This document shows positions 48,485-58,260 of a stretch of DNA of 64,000 nt, one piece after another (position 1 is the stretch's first letter; each line of letters opens with the position of its first letter). The notes under the pieces were generated by a model. It was not told the DNA's origin, did no database searches, and saw only the letters and a list, made by a program, of their open reading frames with translations. This stretch comes from a bacterium (GTDB lineage Bacteria; Hinthialibacterota; Hinthialibacteria; Hinthialibacterales; Hinthialibacteraceae). The stretch lies in assembly GCA_963662285.2 (NCBI GenBank), contig CAXXMV010000002.1, positions 288,001 through 352,000 on the forward strand. Reading direction: 5' to 3'. A program made the translations under genes and the position numbers.

Positions 48485-49486
48485 CTAAGCAGGTTTTTCC
48501 CCCATGATAATTCTGGAATTTGATGCAACCTCATGCATGGATTTAAATTCCAGCCTGGCATTCTCAAGCCACTGTTTTGCTTCTTTGATTGTATAACTGT
48601 CGCCTTCTTCAGTGCTGACCAACATATTGACTGCAAAAATGGCGCTCCATTCAGGAGAAGTGCGGTCTTCTTCTAAAAAGAAATCCTTGAGGCATATCCG
48701 TCCTCCAGGAACTAAGGCGTCGGCGCATTTCTTGACCAAACTCTGATTTGCGTCATAAGAGAAGATATGGATAAAATTGGATATAAAAATAAAATCATAC
48801 TGCCCGCCAAAATCGTCATCGAAAGCGTTACCCGGCATGGTTGACACGCGGTCGCTTAAACCGGCATCTTTGATGTTTTCCTGCGCAACCTCGAGAGTCT
48901 TGGCGCTATCAAAAACCGTTGCATGGAGTCCAGGATTATGTTGAGCAAACCCAATGGAATATAGCCCCGGTCCGCCGCCTATATCCAGCATTTTGCGGGC
49001 GGCGCCAATATCGATGATTTCAGCAGTCTGTTTAGCGCTAATACGTCCTACGTCGGCCATTGCTTTAGCGAATGCCCGGTCATCACTCGCGATACGTTGA
49101 TCCAGTTCGTTATCAGAAACCGGCTTGCCGGTTTTTACTACGTCATACAGTTTTCCCCAGCGCTCATATAAGCGGGCGCCATGATTCATCATGGCCGCCT
49201 TCGATTTCGGGCTGCCGGGCAGTAGATATTCCAAAGCAACCGCGCTGTTGCGGTATAAATCGCCCTCTTTATCCAATAAACCCAGTGTTGTCAAAGCATC
49301 GCATAGTATACGCATACCGCGTGGGTTGCAATCAAGCGATGCGGACAATGCGTCGCTGGAAAGCGTCTGATCAAGCAATGTAGTGAATATCCCAATCCTG
49401 ACGGCGCTGAAAAGAATCTGTGCGCCTCTATAACCACTTGAAATTGCTTCTATTGGATCAACAGCCATTGAATTGTCGCAAGTCAT
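48485..49486 (-). CDS. O-methyltransferase (Methyltransf_2 with dimerisation domain)
   Basis: AVRIGIF, LDIGGGPG and SNFIH motifs. Confidence 0.88.
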   Translation of the reverse strand: MTCDNSMAVDPIEAISSGYRGAQILFSAVRIGIFTTLLDQTLSSDALSASLDCNPRGMRILCDALTTLGLLDKEGDLYRNSAVALEYLLPGSPKSKAAMMNHGARLYERWGKLYDVVKTGKPVSDNELDQRIASDDRAFAKAMADVGRISAKQTAEIIDIGAARKMLDIGGGPGLYSIGFAQHNPGLHATVFDSAKTLEVAQENIKDAGLSDRVSTMPGNAFDDDFGGQYDFIFISNFIHIFSYDANQSLVKKCADALVPGGRICLKDFFLEEDRTSPEWSAIFAVNMLVSTEEGDSYTIKEAKQWLENARLEFKSMHEVASNSRIIMGEKPA

Positions 49487-49547
49487 TGTTGTACTCCTGG
49501 TTTATCTGGTCTGGCAATTATATCTATAGGTTCTATTGACTGGTTGG

Positions 49548-50099
49548 TTAAGGTGTCTTTTCTTGTGGAGTCTCTTCGGTTGGACTCTCTTCTTCAGGAG
49601 GTTCGTCTTGCGGCGCTTCATCTTTGGGAGTGTACATTTTTAATTGCTGTCTGATGAACTCCATACGTTGCGCTAATTCTTCTGCATCCATATTTTTTAG
49701 ATTTTGAACCAGGTTTTTCATTTGTTTGGAAATATCAGAGGAATCTTCTGATACCGGTTCGTTTTCATCTGATATGGGCGCATTTCCCTGCTCTGTCGGT
49801 TCAGTATTAAGCGGTTGAATGCCTTGGGGAGAGGATGAACCAGATACTGGAATTTTAAAGGGAATGATATTTTTAGGATCAATACCGGATAACTTACTCT
49901 TAACATCAGCAACCAGTTTCTCCATATCACCGCGTAATTTGGGATATCCGTTTTCGATATTATGCTGCATTTCAAGCAGCGGTTTCATTAAGGCGTCGAT
50001 TGATTCAATGCCTTCTTCTTGTTCCGGCGACCGGGATATGAAGGCAAGACCGACAAGCACGAAAATTGCAATAAGTATAATAAAGCGAATGGCTTTCAT
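49548..50099 (-). CDS. Hypothetical membrane-anchored protein
   Basis: N-terminal hydrophobic helix; acidic/Pro-rich low-complexity regions; SD GGAGG. Confidence 0.6.
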   Translation of the reverse strand: MKAIRFIILIAIFVLVGLAFISRSPEQEEGIESIDALMKPLLEMQHNIENGYPKLRGDMEKLVADVKSKLSGIDPKNIIPFKIPVSGSSSPQGIQPLNTEPTEQGNAPISDENEPVSEDSSDISKQMKNLVQNLKNMDAEELAQRMEFIRQQLKMYTPKDEAPQDEPPEEESPTEETPQEKTP

Positions 50100-50174
50100 C
50101 GTTTGATTAAACCTCCAAAAAATATCAGTATATTCTTATAATAACATAAATCCGCTAGATAATAATACAAAAAT

Positions 50175-51224
50175 TCAACATATCCGGGGCAACTGCTCAC
50201 CACTTAAGCGGTCGACGATCCGCGTCGCGCCAATACTGCTGGTCATAAGCACTGGAGCAGTCGATTTCTGCTTAACTTCTCCGATTATGGCTGACCCCAA
50301 TCCCTGCGAGTGGGCTGACATTATCTCCAGCGCCCGTTGGGCGTCTTGGGGAGCGACAATAGCCGCCATGCGGCCTTCGTTGGCCACGTAGAGCGGATCG
50401 AAGCCCAGCAACTCACATGCGCCGCGCACCTCTTCGCGCACCGGGATATTATTCTCTTTGATCGATATGGTAAGCGCAGAAGCTTCGGCAACCTCGTTTA
50501 ATGCGCTGGCCAGGCCGCCACGGGTCAGATCTCGCAGGCAATGAATCTCGATGCCCTCGGCGATCATTTTAAGAACCAGATCTGCGAGAGGCGCAGAGTC
50601 GCTTTTGATAGTGGTTTCAAATTGCAATCCTTCACGCACCGCGATGATGGCCACGCCATGCCGCCCCAGGTCTCCATTGATCAACACGACATCACCTTGC
50701 CGGATGCTTGATGGATTGATGGTTAAACCGTGTTCGATAACTCCAATACCGGCGGTATTGATGAATATGCCATCGCCTTTGCCCCGGTCAACCACTTTGG
50801 TATCTCCGGTAACTATGGGTACGTTTACTTCCAGAGCTGCGCGGCGCATTGATTGCGCCACTTTTTCCAGCGTCTCCATGGGCAGGCCTTCTTCGAGAAT
50901 ATAGCCAGCGCTTAGCGCGATGGGACGAGCTCCGCTCATGGCCAGATCGTTGATGGTGCCATGCACCGCCATTGAGCCGATATCACCGCCGGGGAAAAAG
51001 AGAGGCTGCACCACGTATGAATCAGTAGTAAAGGCGATGGGCGAGCCATTGGCGTCGATTACGGATGAATCATGGCGCTGGTTGAGCGCATGGTTATCAA
51101 ATGCTGACAGAAAGACCGACTCGATGAGCCGGTTCATCAAGGTTCCCCCGCCGCCGTGGGCCATAAGAACCTGAGGATAATCCTGCTTGGGAATTGGGCA
51201 TGAAATTTCTATTTTATCTGACAT
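50175..51224 (-). CDS. hypE: Hydrogenase maturation protein HypE
   Basis: [36 protein letters not shown] and C-terminal PRIC. Confidence 0.97.
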   Translation of the reverse strand: MSDKIEISCPIPKQDYPQVLMAHGGGGTLMNRLIESVFLSAFDNHALNQRHDSSVIDANGSPIAFTTDSYVVQPLFFPGGDIGSMAVHGTINDLAMSGARPIALSAGYILEEGLPMETLEKVAQSMRRAALEVNVPIVTGDTKVVDRGKGDGIFINTAGIGVIEHGLTINPSSIRQGDVVLINGDLGRHGVAIIAVREGLQFETTIKSDSAPLADLVLKMIAEGIEIHCLRDLTRGGLASALNEVAEASALTISIKENNIPVREEVRGACELLGFDPLYVANEGRMAAIVAPQDAQRALEIMSAHSQGLGSAIIGEVKQKSTAPVLMTSSIGATRIVDRLSGEQLPRIC

Positions 51225-51263
51225 AGTATTTTGATTATAACCTGGTTTATGATTGTTATTGCG

Positions 51264-52367
51264 TTATGAGGAATCTGATGATAACCGACGGTAGCGGTAA
51301 TAGGCCGAACATGCGCCTTCAGCCGAAACCATTGGCGCTCCCAGAGGCCTTTCCGGGGTGCATTTGACGCCGAAAGCGCTGCATTCATGCGGCGTCTTGA
51401 ATCCTTGTAGAATCTGGCCGCTGATGCATTCGGGAGACTCTTGTGAATCCAGGTCTGCGGCAGAACCGAAACGGTTTTCGGCATCATAATCAGCGTACTC
51501 GTCACGAAGCCCTAATCCGCTGGCGGGAATCTCTCCCAAACCGCGCCAGGTCCGGTCAACCACCCGGAAGACATCTTGCAGGATTTTTATAGCCGCCGGA
51601 TTCCCCTCACGGCGCACTGACCTGACGTATTGATTCTCGACCTCAAAGCGGCCTTCCTCTAATTGCTTGATGCACATATAGATGCCTTGCAGCATATCGA
51701 GCGGTTCGAAACCGGTGATAACGATAGGGGTTTTATGTTGTTCAGCCAAAGGATCGTACTCGGTGGTTCCCATAACTGTACAGACATGCCCTGCGGCCAG
51801 GAAGCCTTGAACCTGGCATTGTGGCGCTGAAAGAATTGCGTCCATAGCGGGCGGAGCCATGACATGAGATACCAGCAGCGAGAAATTCTTCAGCCCTTCA
51901 TGCTTAGCGTGGTGAGCGGCCATGGCATTGGCTGGAGCGGTGGTCTCGAATCCTATGGCGAAAAACACTATTTCCTTTTGTGGATTCTCACGCGCCAGTT
52001 TAACTGCATCTAATGGAGAATAGACCACCCGGACGTCTCCCCCCGAGGCCTTGGTGGAAAACAGGTCGTGCTCTGAGCCGGGAACGCGCAGCATATCGCC
52101 GAACGAACAGAATATAACCTCAGGTCGGGCGGCAATCTCGACCGCTTTATCAATAACCGCAGTCGAGGTTACGCAGACCGGGCAACCCGGTCCATGGATC
52201 AACCTCAGTTTGTCGGGCAGCAGTTGGTCTATACCGTATTTTACGATGGTATGGGTTTGTCCGCCGCATATCTCCATGATCGACCAGGGGCGGGTAATAG
52301 TCTTTCTGATGGCTTGCACATAGCGCTGCGCTGCATCGGGATTTCTATATTCGTCAAGATATTTCAT
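51264..52367 (-). CDS. hypD: Hydrogenase maturation protein HypD
   Basis: [21 protein letters not shown] and MVSAEGAC motifs. Confidence 0.97.
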   Translation of the reverse strand: MKYLDEYRNPDAAQRYVQAIRKTITRPWSIMEICGGQTHTIVKYGIDQLLPDKLRLIHGPGCPVCVTSTAVIDKAVEIAARPEVIFCSFGDMLRVPGSEHDLFSTKASGGDVRVVYSPLDAVKLARENPQKEIVFFAIGFETTAPANAMAAHHAKHEGLKNFSLLVSHVMAPPAMDAILSAPQCQVQGFLAAGHVCTVMGTTEYDPLAEQHKTPIVITGFEPLDMLQGIYMCIKQLEEGRFEVENQYVRSVRREGNPAAIKILQDVFRVVDRTWRGLGEIPASGLGLRDEYADYDAENRFGSAADLDSQESPECISGQILQGFKTPHECSAFGVKCTPERPLGAPMVSAEGACSAYYRYRRLSSDSS

Positions 52368-52651
52368 GATTGTTTAGTAGATTGGGGAATAGCTGTCGCT
52401 TCAGCAGATTCGGCCAGATCAGCCATTTCACCCATCTCTTTAAGATATTCGAATATCTGGTTGGCTTCGTCTTCATCAATCACGCTGATTGCGAATCCGG
52501 CATGAACTACAACATATTGACCGATTTCAACTTCGGGGACATAAGCCACTGAAATTTCTTTGATGATGCCGCCAAAATCTATTTTGCCCATTTTATAAAG
52601 GGGATCATCGCCTTCGATGCTGACAACTTTTCCGGGAATTCCTAAACACAT
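52364..52651 (-). CDS. hypC: Hydrogenase maturation chaperone HypC
   Basis: N-terminus MCLGIPG; VHAGFAI. Confidence 0.95.
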   Translation of the reverse strand: MCLGIPGKVVSIEGDDPLYKMGKIDFGGIIKEISVAYVPEVEIGQYVVVHAGFAISVIDEDEANQIFEYLKEMGEMADLAESAEATAIPQSTKQS

Positions 52652-52749
52652 ATCGGTAACCTTTGTTTTAAAACGCGTATTCACTCAAACTAAGTTTGCA
52701 GGGTAAGAGAGAGTGAAGATTGAGGTAACTACTGGTTATATTGTAGGCG

Positions 52750-55038
52750 TCACAAATTTTTCTGCAATCGGCGGCAGGCGTAGACTGCCTGTCCCAGCGA
52801 TATTCCCCCATCGTTAGGCGGTACGATGATATGCCAATAAGGGGTGAAACCTTCCTCCTGTAAACGCCGTACTGTATTTTCGCATAAATAACGGTTTTGG
52901 AAGCAACCGCCGGTTAATACGACGTCCTTTTGTTCTATGCGATTAGCAGTATCAACGATCATTTCTACTAGCGTATTATGGAATCTGGCCGAGCATAGCG
53001 CAATTGAAACGCCTTCGGCGGCATCTGTAAAAATGGCTTGCATCATGGGCGACCAATCGACCACTAAGACGGAATTTTCAGAAGATTGTATTGTAAAAGG
53101 ATAATGTTCAGCAGTCTCAATGCCATGCAGGGCGAATTCCAACTCCATAGCCGCCTGACCCTCGTAGGAAACCTTATGTTTGCCAGCGATGATGGATGCC
53201 ACCCCATCGAACAGCCTTCCCGCGCTGGAGGTTCTGGGGCATTGAATGCCTTTACGCAGCATGTCTCCCAATAGACGCAGGTCAGTGGTAGGGAAAGATT
53301 GCAGGAAAGCCGCGTTGGTTGAATCGAAAGCAGCCTCGCCCATGCATTCATAGAGCAATCCCAGGGCGGTGCGTTGCGGCTGTTTTATGGCTTTGTCTCC
53401 AGAGGGCAGCGGAAAAGTGCGGAGATGAGCCGCGCGTTGATATCCATCACGATCCGCCAGCAGAAATTCACCTCCCCAGATGGTTCCATCCTGCCCTAAT
53501 CCCGTCCCGTCCCACGATACGCCCAGTACTGGCTTATTGATCTGGTTTTCGGCCATGCAAGAGAGAATATGGGCGTAGTGATGCTGCACCTGCATAAGTG
53601 GCGCATTGCTCTGCTTGGCGAATTGGGTTGAGAGATAATCAGGGTGCAGATCGCAAGCAACGGCCAGCGGTTCAGCCTCAAAAACATTTTGGAAACTGGC
53701 GATGACTTCCTCAAACGCCTGATAAGCCTGTTCGGTTTCCAGGTCGCCGATATGCTGGCTGATAAAGATGTTTGGGCCACGGCTAAGCGCAATAGTATTC
53801 TTCAAGTGCGCTCCAACCGCTAGAACTGAGGGCAGTTCGGCGCCCATATCAACTGGCAGCGGCGCATAACCCCGTGCACGGCGCATGATCTGCTGACGCT
53901 TCAGCATGACCCGCACGATGGAGTCATCAACATGGCGCACGATGGGGCGGTTATGGATCAGAAATAAATCAGCGATGCCCCGCAGCCGATGAAGCGCTTC
54001 ATGTTCATCTATGCAAATCGGTTCGTCGGACAGGTTTCCGCTGGTGGCTACAATGGGGAATTTCAGAATACTCATCAAAATATGATGCAGTGGAGTATAG
54101 GGGATCATAGCGCCCAGATAGGGATTATGCGGCGCTATATTCGGAGCCAGGGATGAACCTGTTTGGTCTATTCTTTCCAACAGAACAATGGGTGATTCGG
54201 CGGAAGTCAGAATGCGTTCTTCCAAATCAGAGACATGGCACTCTAACCGCAGACTTTCCAAATTGGGGAACATTAGGGCCAGCGGCTTTTCTTCGCGGCG
54301 CTTTAGCATGCGCAAGCGGGCGACTGCATCCTTGTTTCGCGCATCCACCATCAGGTGGAATCCACCGAGTCCCTTTATTGCAGTAATTTTACCGTGGTTT
54401 AGAGCCTGCGCTGTTTGCAGTATCGCTTCATGATTGTCGGCCAGTATTTTGCCGGATTGATCCCATAGTTCCACTTGCGGACCGCAAACCGGGCAGGCGT
54501 TGGGTTGGGCGTGGAAGCGGCGATCCCGGGGGTCGTCATATTCCGTCTGACACTCTGGACACATGGCGAAGCGCTTCATGCTGGTGTTAGGACGGTCATA
54601 GGGCAGCCCTTCGATTATACTGAAGCGCGGGCCGCAATGCGTGCAGTTGGTGAAGGGATACAGGTAGCGGCGGTTTTGGGGATCGAAAATTTCAGTTAGA
54701 CATGCAGGGCATGTGGCTAAATCGGGCAATAGCAGAGCCGTCTTGCCGCCCTGCTGATCGCTGGAGCGGATTTCAAATCCAACAAATCCCACTGGTTCGA
54801 GAAACTCATGCGTCATACGCTGAATCAAAGCATGTGGCGGCTGCTCCGCCTGGATGCGCTCTAAGAACCATTCTAATCGATGAGGCAGTCCCTCAATTTC
54901 TATGATAACGCCCTGCCCTGTATTGTTGACCCATCCCGGCATCTGCATCTCATCCGCCAGCCGGTATATAAACGGCCGGAAGCCGACGCCTTGTACGGCG
55001 CCGTTGATGATTATGCGGATTCGTTTGGTTTGATTCAT
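52750..55038 (-). CDS. hypF: Carbamoyltransferase HypF
   Basis: VQGVGFRP, two CxxC zinc fingers, KGLGGF, QHHYAH, DGTG.G.DG..WGGE and PPNDGG motifs. Confidence 0.97.
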   Translation of the reverse strand: MNQTKRIRIIINGAVQGVGFRPFIYRLADEMQMPGWVNNTGQGVIIEIEGLPHRLEWFLERIQAEQPPHALIQRMTHEFLEPVGFVGFEIRSSDQQGGKTALLLPDLATCPACLTEIFDPQNRRYLYPFTNCTHCGPRFSIIEGLPYDRPNTSMKRFAMCPECQTEYDDPRDRRFHAQPNACPVCGPQVELWDQSGKILADNHEAILQTAQALNHGKITAIKGLGGFHLMVDARNKDAVARLRMLKRREEKPLALMFPNLESLRLECHVSDLEERILTSAESPIVLLERIDQTGSSLAPNIAPHNPYLGAMIPYTPLHHILMSILKFPIVATSGNLSDEPICIDEHEALHRLRGIADLFLIHNRPIVRHVDDSIVRVMLKRQQIMRRARGYAPLPVDMGAELPSVLAVGAHLKNTIALSRGPNIFISQHIGDLETEQAYQAFEEVIASFQNVFEAEPLAVACDLHPDYLSTQFAKQSNAPLMQVQHHYAHILSCMAENQINKPVLGVSWDGTGLGQDGTIWGGEFLLADRDGYQRAAHLRTFPLPSGDKAIKQPQRTALGLLYECMGEAAFDSTNAAFLQSFPTTDLRLLGDMLRKGIQCPRTSSAGRLFDGVASIIAGKHKVSYEGQAAMELEFALHGIETAEHYPFTIQSSENSVLVVDWSPMMQAIFTDAAEGVSIALCSARFHNTLVEMIVDTANRIEQKDVVLTGGCFQNRYLCENTVRRLQEEGFTPYWHIIVPPNDGGISLGQAVYACRRLQKNL

Positions 55039-55048
55039 GGGTGGATTT

Positions 55049-55498
55049 TTATTCCCAATCTTCTTCAGAACCATACTGAGGGGGATTAGGCCCGATTGAT
55101 TCAATTAAATTGGGGTAGGTTACGCCTTCTTCAGGCTTTTTAGGTTTTTTTCTGGTTTTTCTTACCTCAAAATACCAATCGTCGCCAAAATCAAAGTGAT
55201 AGAAAAGTTTCAAACCTTTGGGTAATGGAAAGATGTCTGCAAGGATTATTTTTCCATATTCATCAAATACACACTGAAAATCTTTTTCCCAAGATTCCTC
55301 GACAAACTCGATATTCCGATTATCTATATTACGGCCTGCGAAGAATTCAAACAGATGATCCTGGTCAAAACCAACCGAAGATAAAATAATCGCGTGTAAA
55401 TCCAGAAGCGAAATCCCCGAATCAATTTCAATAACCCTAACGCAGTCTTCTTTAATGTAGATGCCTTCTATGCATTCAATTCTAAATGTCCAGAGCAT
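55049..55498 (-). CDS. pRiA4b ORF-3-like protein
   Basis: LLDLHAIIL..VGFDQDHLFEF, YHFDFGDDW and G.NPPQY motifs. Confidence 0.8.
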   Translation of the reverse strand: MLWTFRIECIEGIYIKEDCVRVIEIDSGISLLDLHAIILSSVGFDQDHLFEFFAGRNIDNRNIEFVEESWEKDFQCVFDEYGKIILADIFPLPKGLKLFYHFDFGDDWYFEVRKTRKKPKKPEEGVTYPNLIESIGPNPPQYGSEEDWE

Positions 55499-55676
55499 AA
55501 TTTTTCTCTTTTTTCAAAAAACATTTTAAACAGTTCATTAAAAAATCAGTTGTTTCATGATATACGCTTAAGAACGCCCATAAAGATTTACGTTATAGTA
55601 ATATTTCCGGATATTCCAAAAAATGCTATTCTCACAATTACCGTGTTATTACTACTCGAATAATTAAAATACATCC

Positions 55677-56240
55677 GTGGGTAAAATCAAGAAAATGGAA
55701 ATTCACAACAAGGAATCATTTCACAACCGTATGACGGATATATTCAACCGGGCTTATTTGTTCTGGCATTTCCTGGTTATTCTTCCTTCGATTATCTTGT
55801 TTCTCGCATTGGTGAAACTGGCGATTCCGATGCAATTATGGATATGCCGTTTTACGCAAATTTATATTGGTTCGCTTGAACTCACCATAATTGCTACAAC
55901 AACCATAGCCTTCATAGTTCCTCAACTTTCTTTTTGGGCTATACGAAAGCGAAAATATTTGCTTTTCGGATTTATAATTTCAGTGTTAATTTTGGATATA
56001 GCCGTAATAATTGCTCATGCATCGTATTGCGCTTGGAGTACCGGGAAAGTAGGATCCTTTTATAGTAAGTCGATTACGGTTGAGCAGCTCTATGAGGAAT
56101 GTGGAAAACCATTATTTTACCGGATAATCAAAAATAGCAGATTTGCAATTTATAGTAATGGTAGTACTTATTACATGGTTCCTCTAAATGATAGTGGAAT
56201 CATAAAACAAATGCCGATGGGTTCAATGTGGAATGACTAG
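55677..56240 (+). CDS. Hypothetical membrane protein
   Basis: Three hydrophobic helices and a soluble C-terminus. Confidence 0.55.
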   Translation: MGKIKKMEIHNKESFHNRMTDIFNRAYLFWHFLVILPSIILFLALVKLAIPMQLWICRFTQIYIGSLELTIIATTTIAFIVPQLSFWAIRKRKYLLFGFIISVLILDIAVIIAHASYCAWSTGKVGSFYSKSITVEQLYEECGKPLFYRIIKNSRFAIYSNGSTYYMVPLNDSGIIKQMPMGSMWND

Positions 56241-56250
56241 ATAATCCGCT

Positions 56251-56868
56251 CTATCGGGTTGCGCCTTGCGCGGTTGAATAGCGCACGAAGGTGAAATCGG
56301 GCTGGTAGGGCCTGGACCAATCCCAGTTTAGTGAGGGGTTGTCAATGGTTTCACCGTCAACCAGAATCTGCACGTCTTCGACGGCGGTGGACTGCGCTGC
56401 AACCGTGTTGACAATGCAATAAATAGAAGCCCATTCGCTTAAAGCGTGCCCCGGGTTGTTTTCAATCAACTCCTTGGAAAAGCTGATGTATACCCGATTA
56501 TCGGAATCGCTCCAAATGACGCTTTGCAACTGAGTCCCTTCTGGGATGGGAGCAATAAGATTAACCGGATTTTTTTGAGTATTAAGCAGTTCTTCAATGG
56601 CGCGGCGGATGCGTCCACTGATGGTATCCGCTTTGAGCACCCTTCGGGTATCGATAACGAATTGATTGTGATCCAGCGTGAGATAGAACAGTTCAATCTC
56701 GATACTGGTATCACTCTCGATAGGAGTGGGGTTGGATATTTTTTCTATTTCAGGAATAGGCAAAGGCGCAGGCGTTGTTTCCAGTTGCCAATAGAGATAA
56801 CCGGAAGCAAGCAGAGCCGCCGAGAGGAGAATCGATAAAAAGAGTACAAGAAAAGTTTTTATATCCAT
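56251..56868 (-). CDS. GerMN domain protein
   Basis: IPEGTQL, YISFSKE, IYCIVNTV and VQILVDGE motifs; N-terminal TM helix. Confidence 0.85.
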   Translation of the reverse strand: MDIKTFLVLFLSILLSAALLASGYLYWQLETTPAPLPIPEIEKISNPTPIESDTSIEIELFYLTLDHNQFVIDTRRVLKADTISGRIRRAIEELLNTQKNPVNLIAPIPEGTQLQSVIWSDSDNRVYISFSKELIENNPGHALSEWASIYCIVNTVAAQSTAVEDVQILVDGETIDNPSLNWDWSRPYQPDFTFVRYSTAQGATR

Positions 56869-58160
56869 TATTGAGATTGAGTGGAAAGGGATGATTGATA
56901 TCCCGTTCTTTCATATAAGAAGTCATTAATGGCCAAATAGATTTTATATGCAATTTCCTCTTGCACCCGTGACCTTGATAGGTGTTGGGCGGTGTCGTGA
57001 TGAGCCAGGTTGCCCAGTTCGATCAAAACGCCGGGCATGGTTAATCCACGAAGCACTTGCAGCCGACCCGGCCGGGGAGAGGAATCCATAGTGATAATTT
57101 TTGCGTAAGAATAATAATCTTTCAGTTGAAAATGTATAACGCGCGCTAAACGAAGACTTTCAAGCACATGGTTTTGATATGCTGAATCCCAGCGGGAAGA
57201 TTGATCATCGGCAGCTATAGATTCTCTTGATGGTGGATCAATGGAATCTAATTGAGGATTCATGAAAAAAATCGCTGCTTGCGAAATTGCATCTGTATAT
57301 AGAGCGCCGCACTGAATACTGATAAAAAGGTCTGCATTGCTTTGGTTTGCGAAACCAGCGCGTTGCTCTGGAGTAAGAGCAACTCCATCATTCATCGTAT
57401 TGGTAAAAAGAACTTCGTAATTGGGTGACTCCAGAATAAGTTCCGCCAGGTTTTGGCTGATTTTCTGAGTTATATCCGATTCACGAATACTGGTTGGCAG
57501 AATAGATTGCTTAGCATTTTTGCTTGTTCCCGGATCGATAACAATAACCGCCCGTGGCGCTGTATGACTATCGGCCGTCGGCGCCGGTTCGAAGGGTATA
57601 GTTGGAGTCGCGATTAGATCCTCAAAACTGGGGAAGACAATATCTGGAGTAGGAGTGTTTTGCGGAACAACAGGCGTTGCCTGGAATAAAGGAAATGGCG
57701 TTGGTGATGGCTCTGAAACAGGATTGTTGTTAACAAGACCGGGATCCGCGTCTCCTTCTTTCCACTGTGCGCCGGGTAATAAAAATTGCTTAATGTTTAT
57801 GAAGGGGATATATATCCGGCTTTGATGCCGAATGGATTTTTTCCCGGTATGAATGACTTTATTACCGACTAAAACCCTTTGTTCGCCAACTTTTAAGCCA
57901 ACTTTTATCCCGTCTTTACGTATGAATATTATGGTTCCGGATAAGCCGTCGAATTGCCATCGATTGGGGAAGAACAAAACCAACTGAGCAGCGCGTACAT
58001 ATTCACCATTCTGCAGAAGTTCGGTTTTTAAGGGTATCGGCTGATTATCAAGTATGCCTAGCATCTCGCGAGATGAAGCCGTCTCGGCGTTGAGCAGAGA
58101 AACGATAACCGGGAAGAACCAAATTGCAAAAGTGAGATAAGGTTTATATTTCATTAACAT
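56868..58160 (-). CDS. Amidase_3-family N-acetylmuramoyl-L-alanine amidase-like protein with degenerate Zn ligands
   Basis: VIVIDPGT, RAGFAN, ADLFISIQ and VLRGLTMPGVLIELG motifs; Pro/Thr linker. Confidence 0.8.
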   Translation of the reverse strand: MLMKYKPYLTFAIWFFPVIVSLLNAETASSREMLGILDNQPIPLKTELLQNGEYVRAAQLVLFFPNRWQFDGLSGTIIFIRKDGIKVGLKVGEQRVLVGNKVIHTGKKSIRHQSRIYIPFINIKQFLLPGAQWKEGDADPGLVNNNPVSEPSPTPFPLFQATPVVPQNTPTPDIVFPSFEDLIATPTIPFEPAPTADSHTAPRAVIVIDPGTSKNAKQSILPTSIRESDITQKISQNLAELILESPNYEVLFTNTMNDGVALTPEQRAGFANQSNADLFISIQCGALYTDAISQAAIFFMNPQLDSIDPPSRESIAADDQSSRWDSAYQNHVLESLRLARVIHFQLKDYYSYAKIITMDSSPRPGRLQVLRGLTMPGVLIELGNLAHHDTAQHLSRSRVQEEIAYKIYLAINDFLYERTGYQSSLSTQSQ

Positions 58161-58260
58161 AACGTAGATATTCTAGGTTAAACATACGAACACCGGGAGT
58201 ACTTTAGGGCGATTGATTATAAATACCTATACTATATGACTTTGTTGAAGGCTAAAAAAT

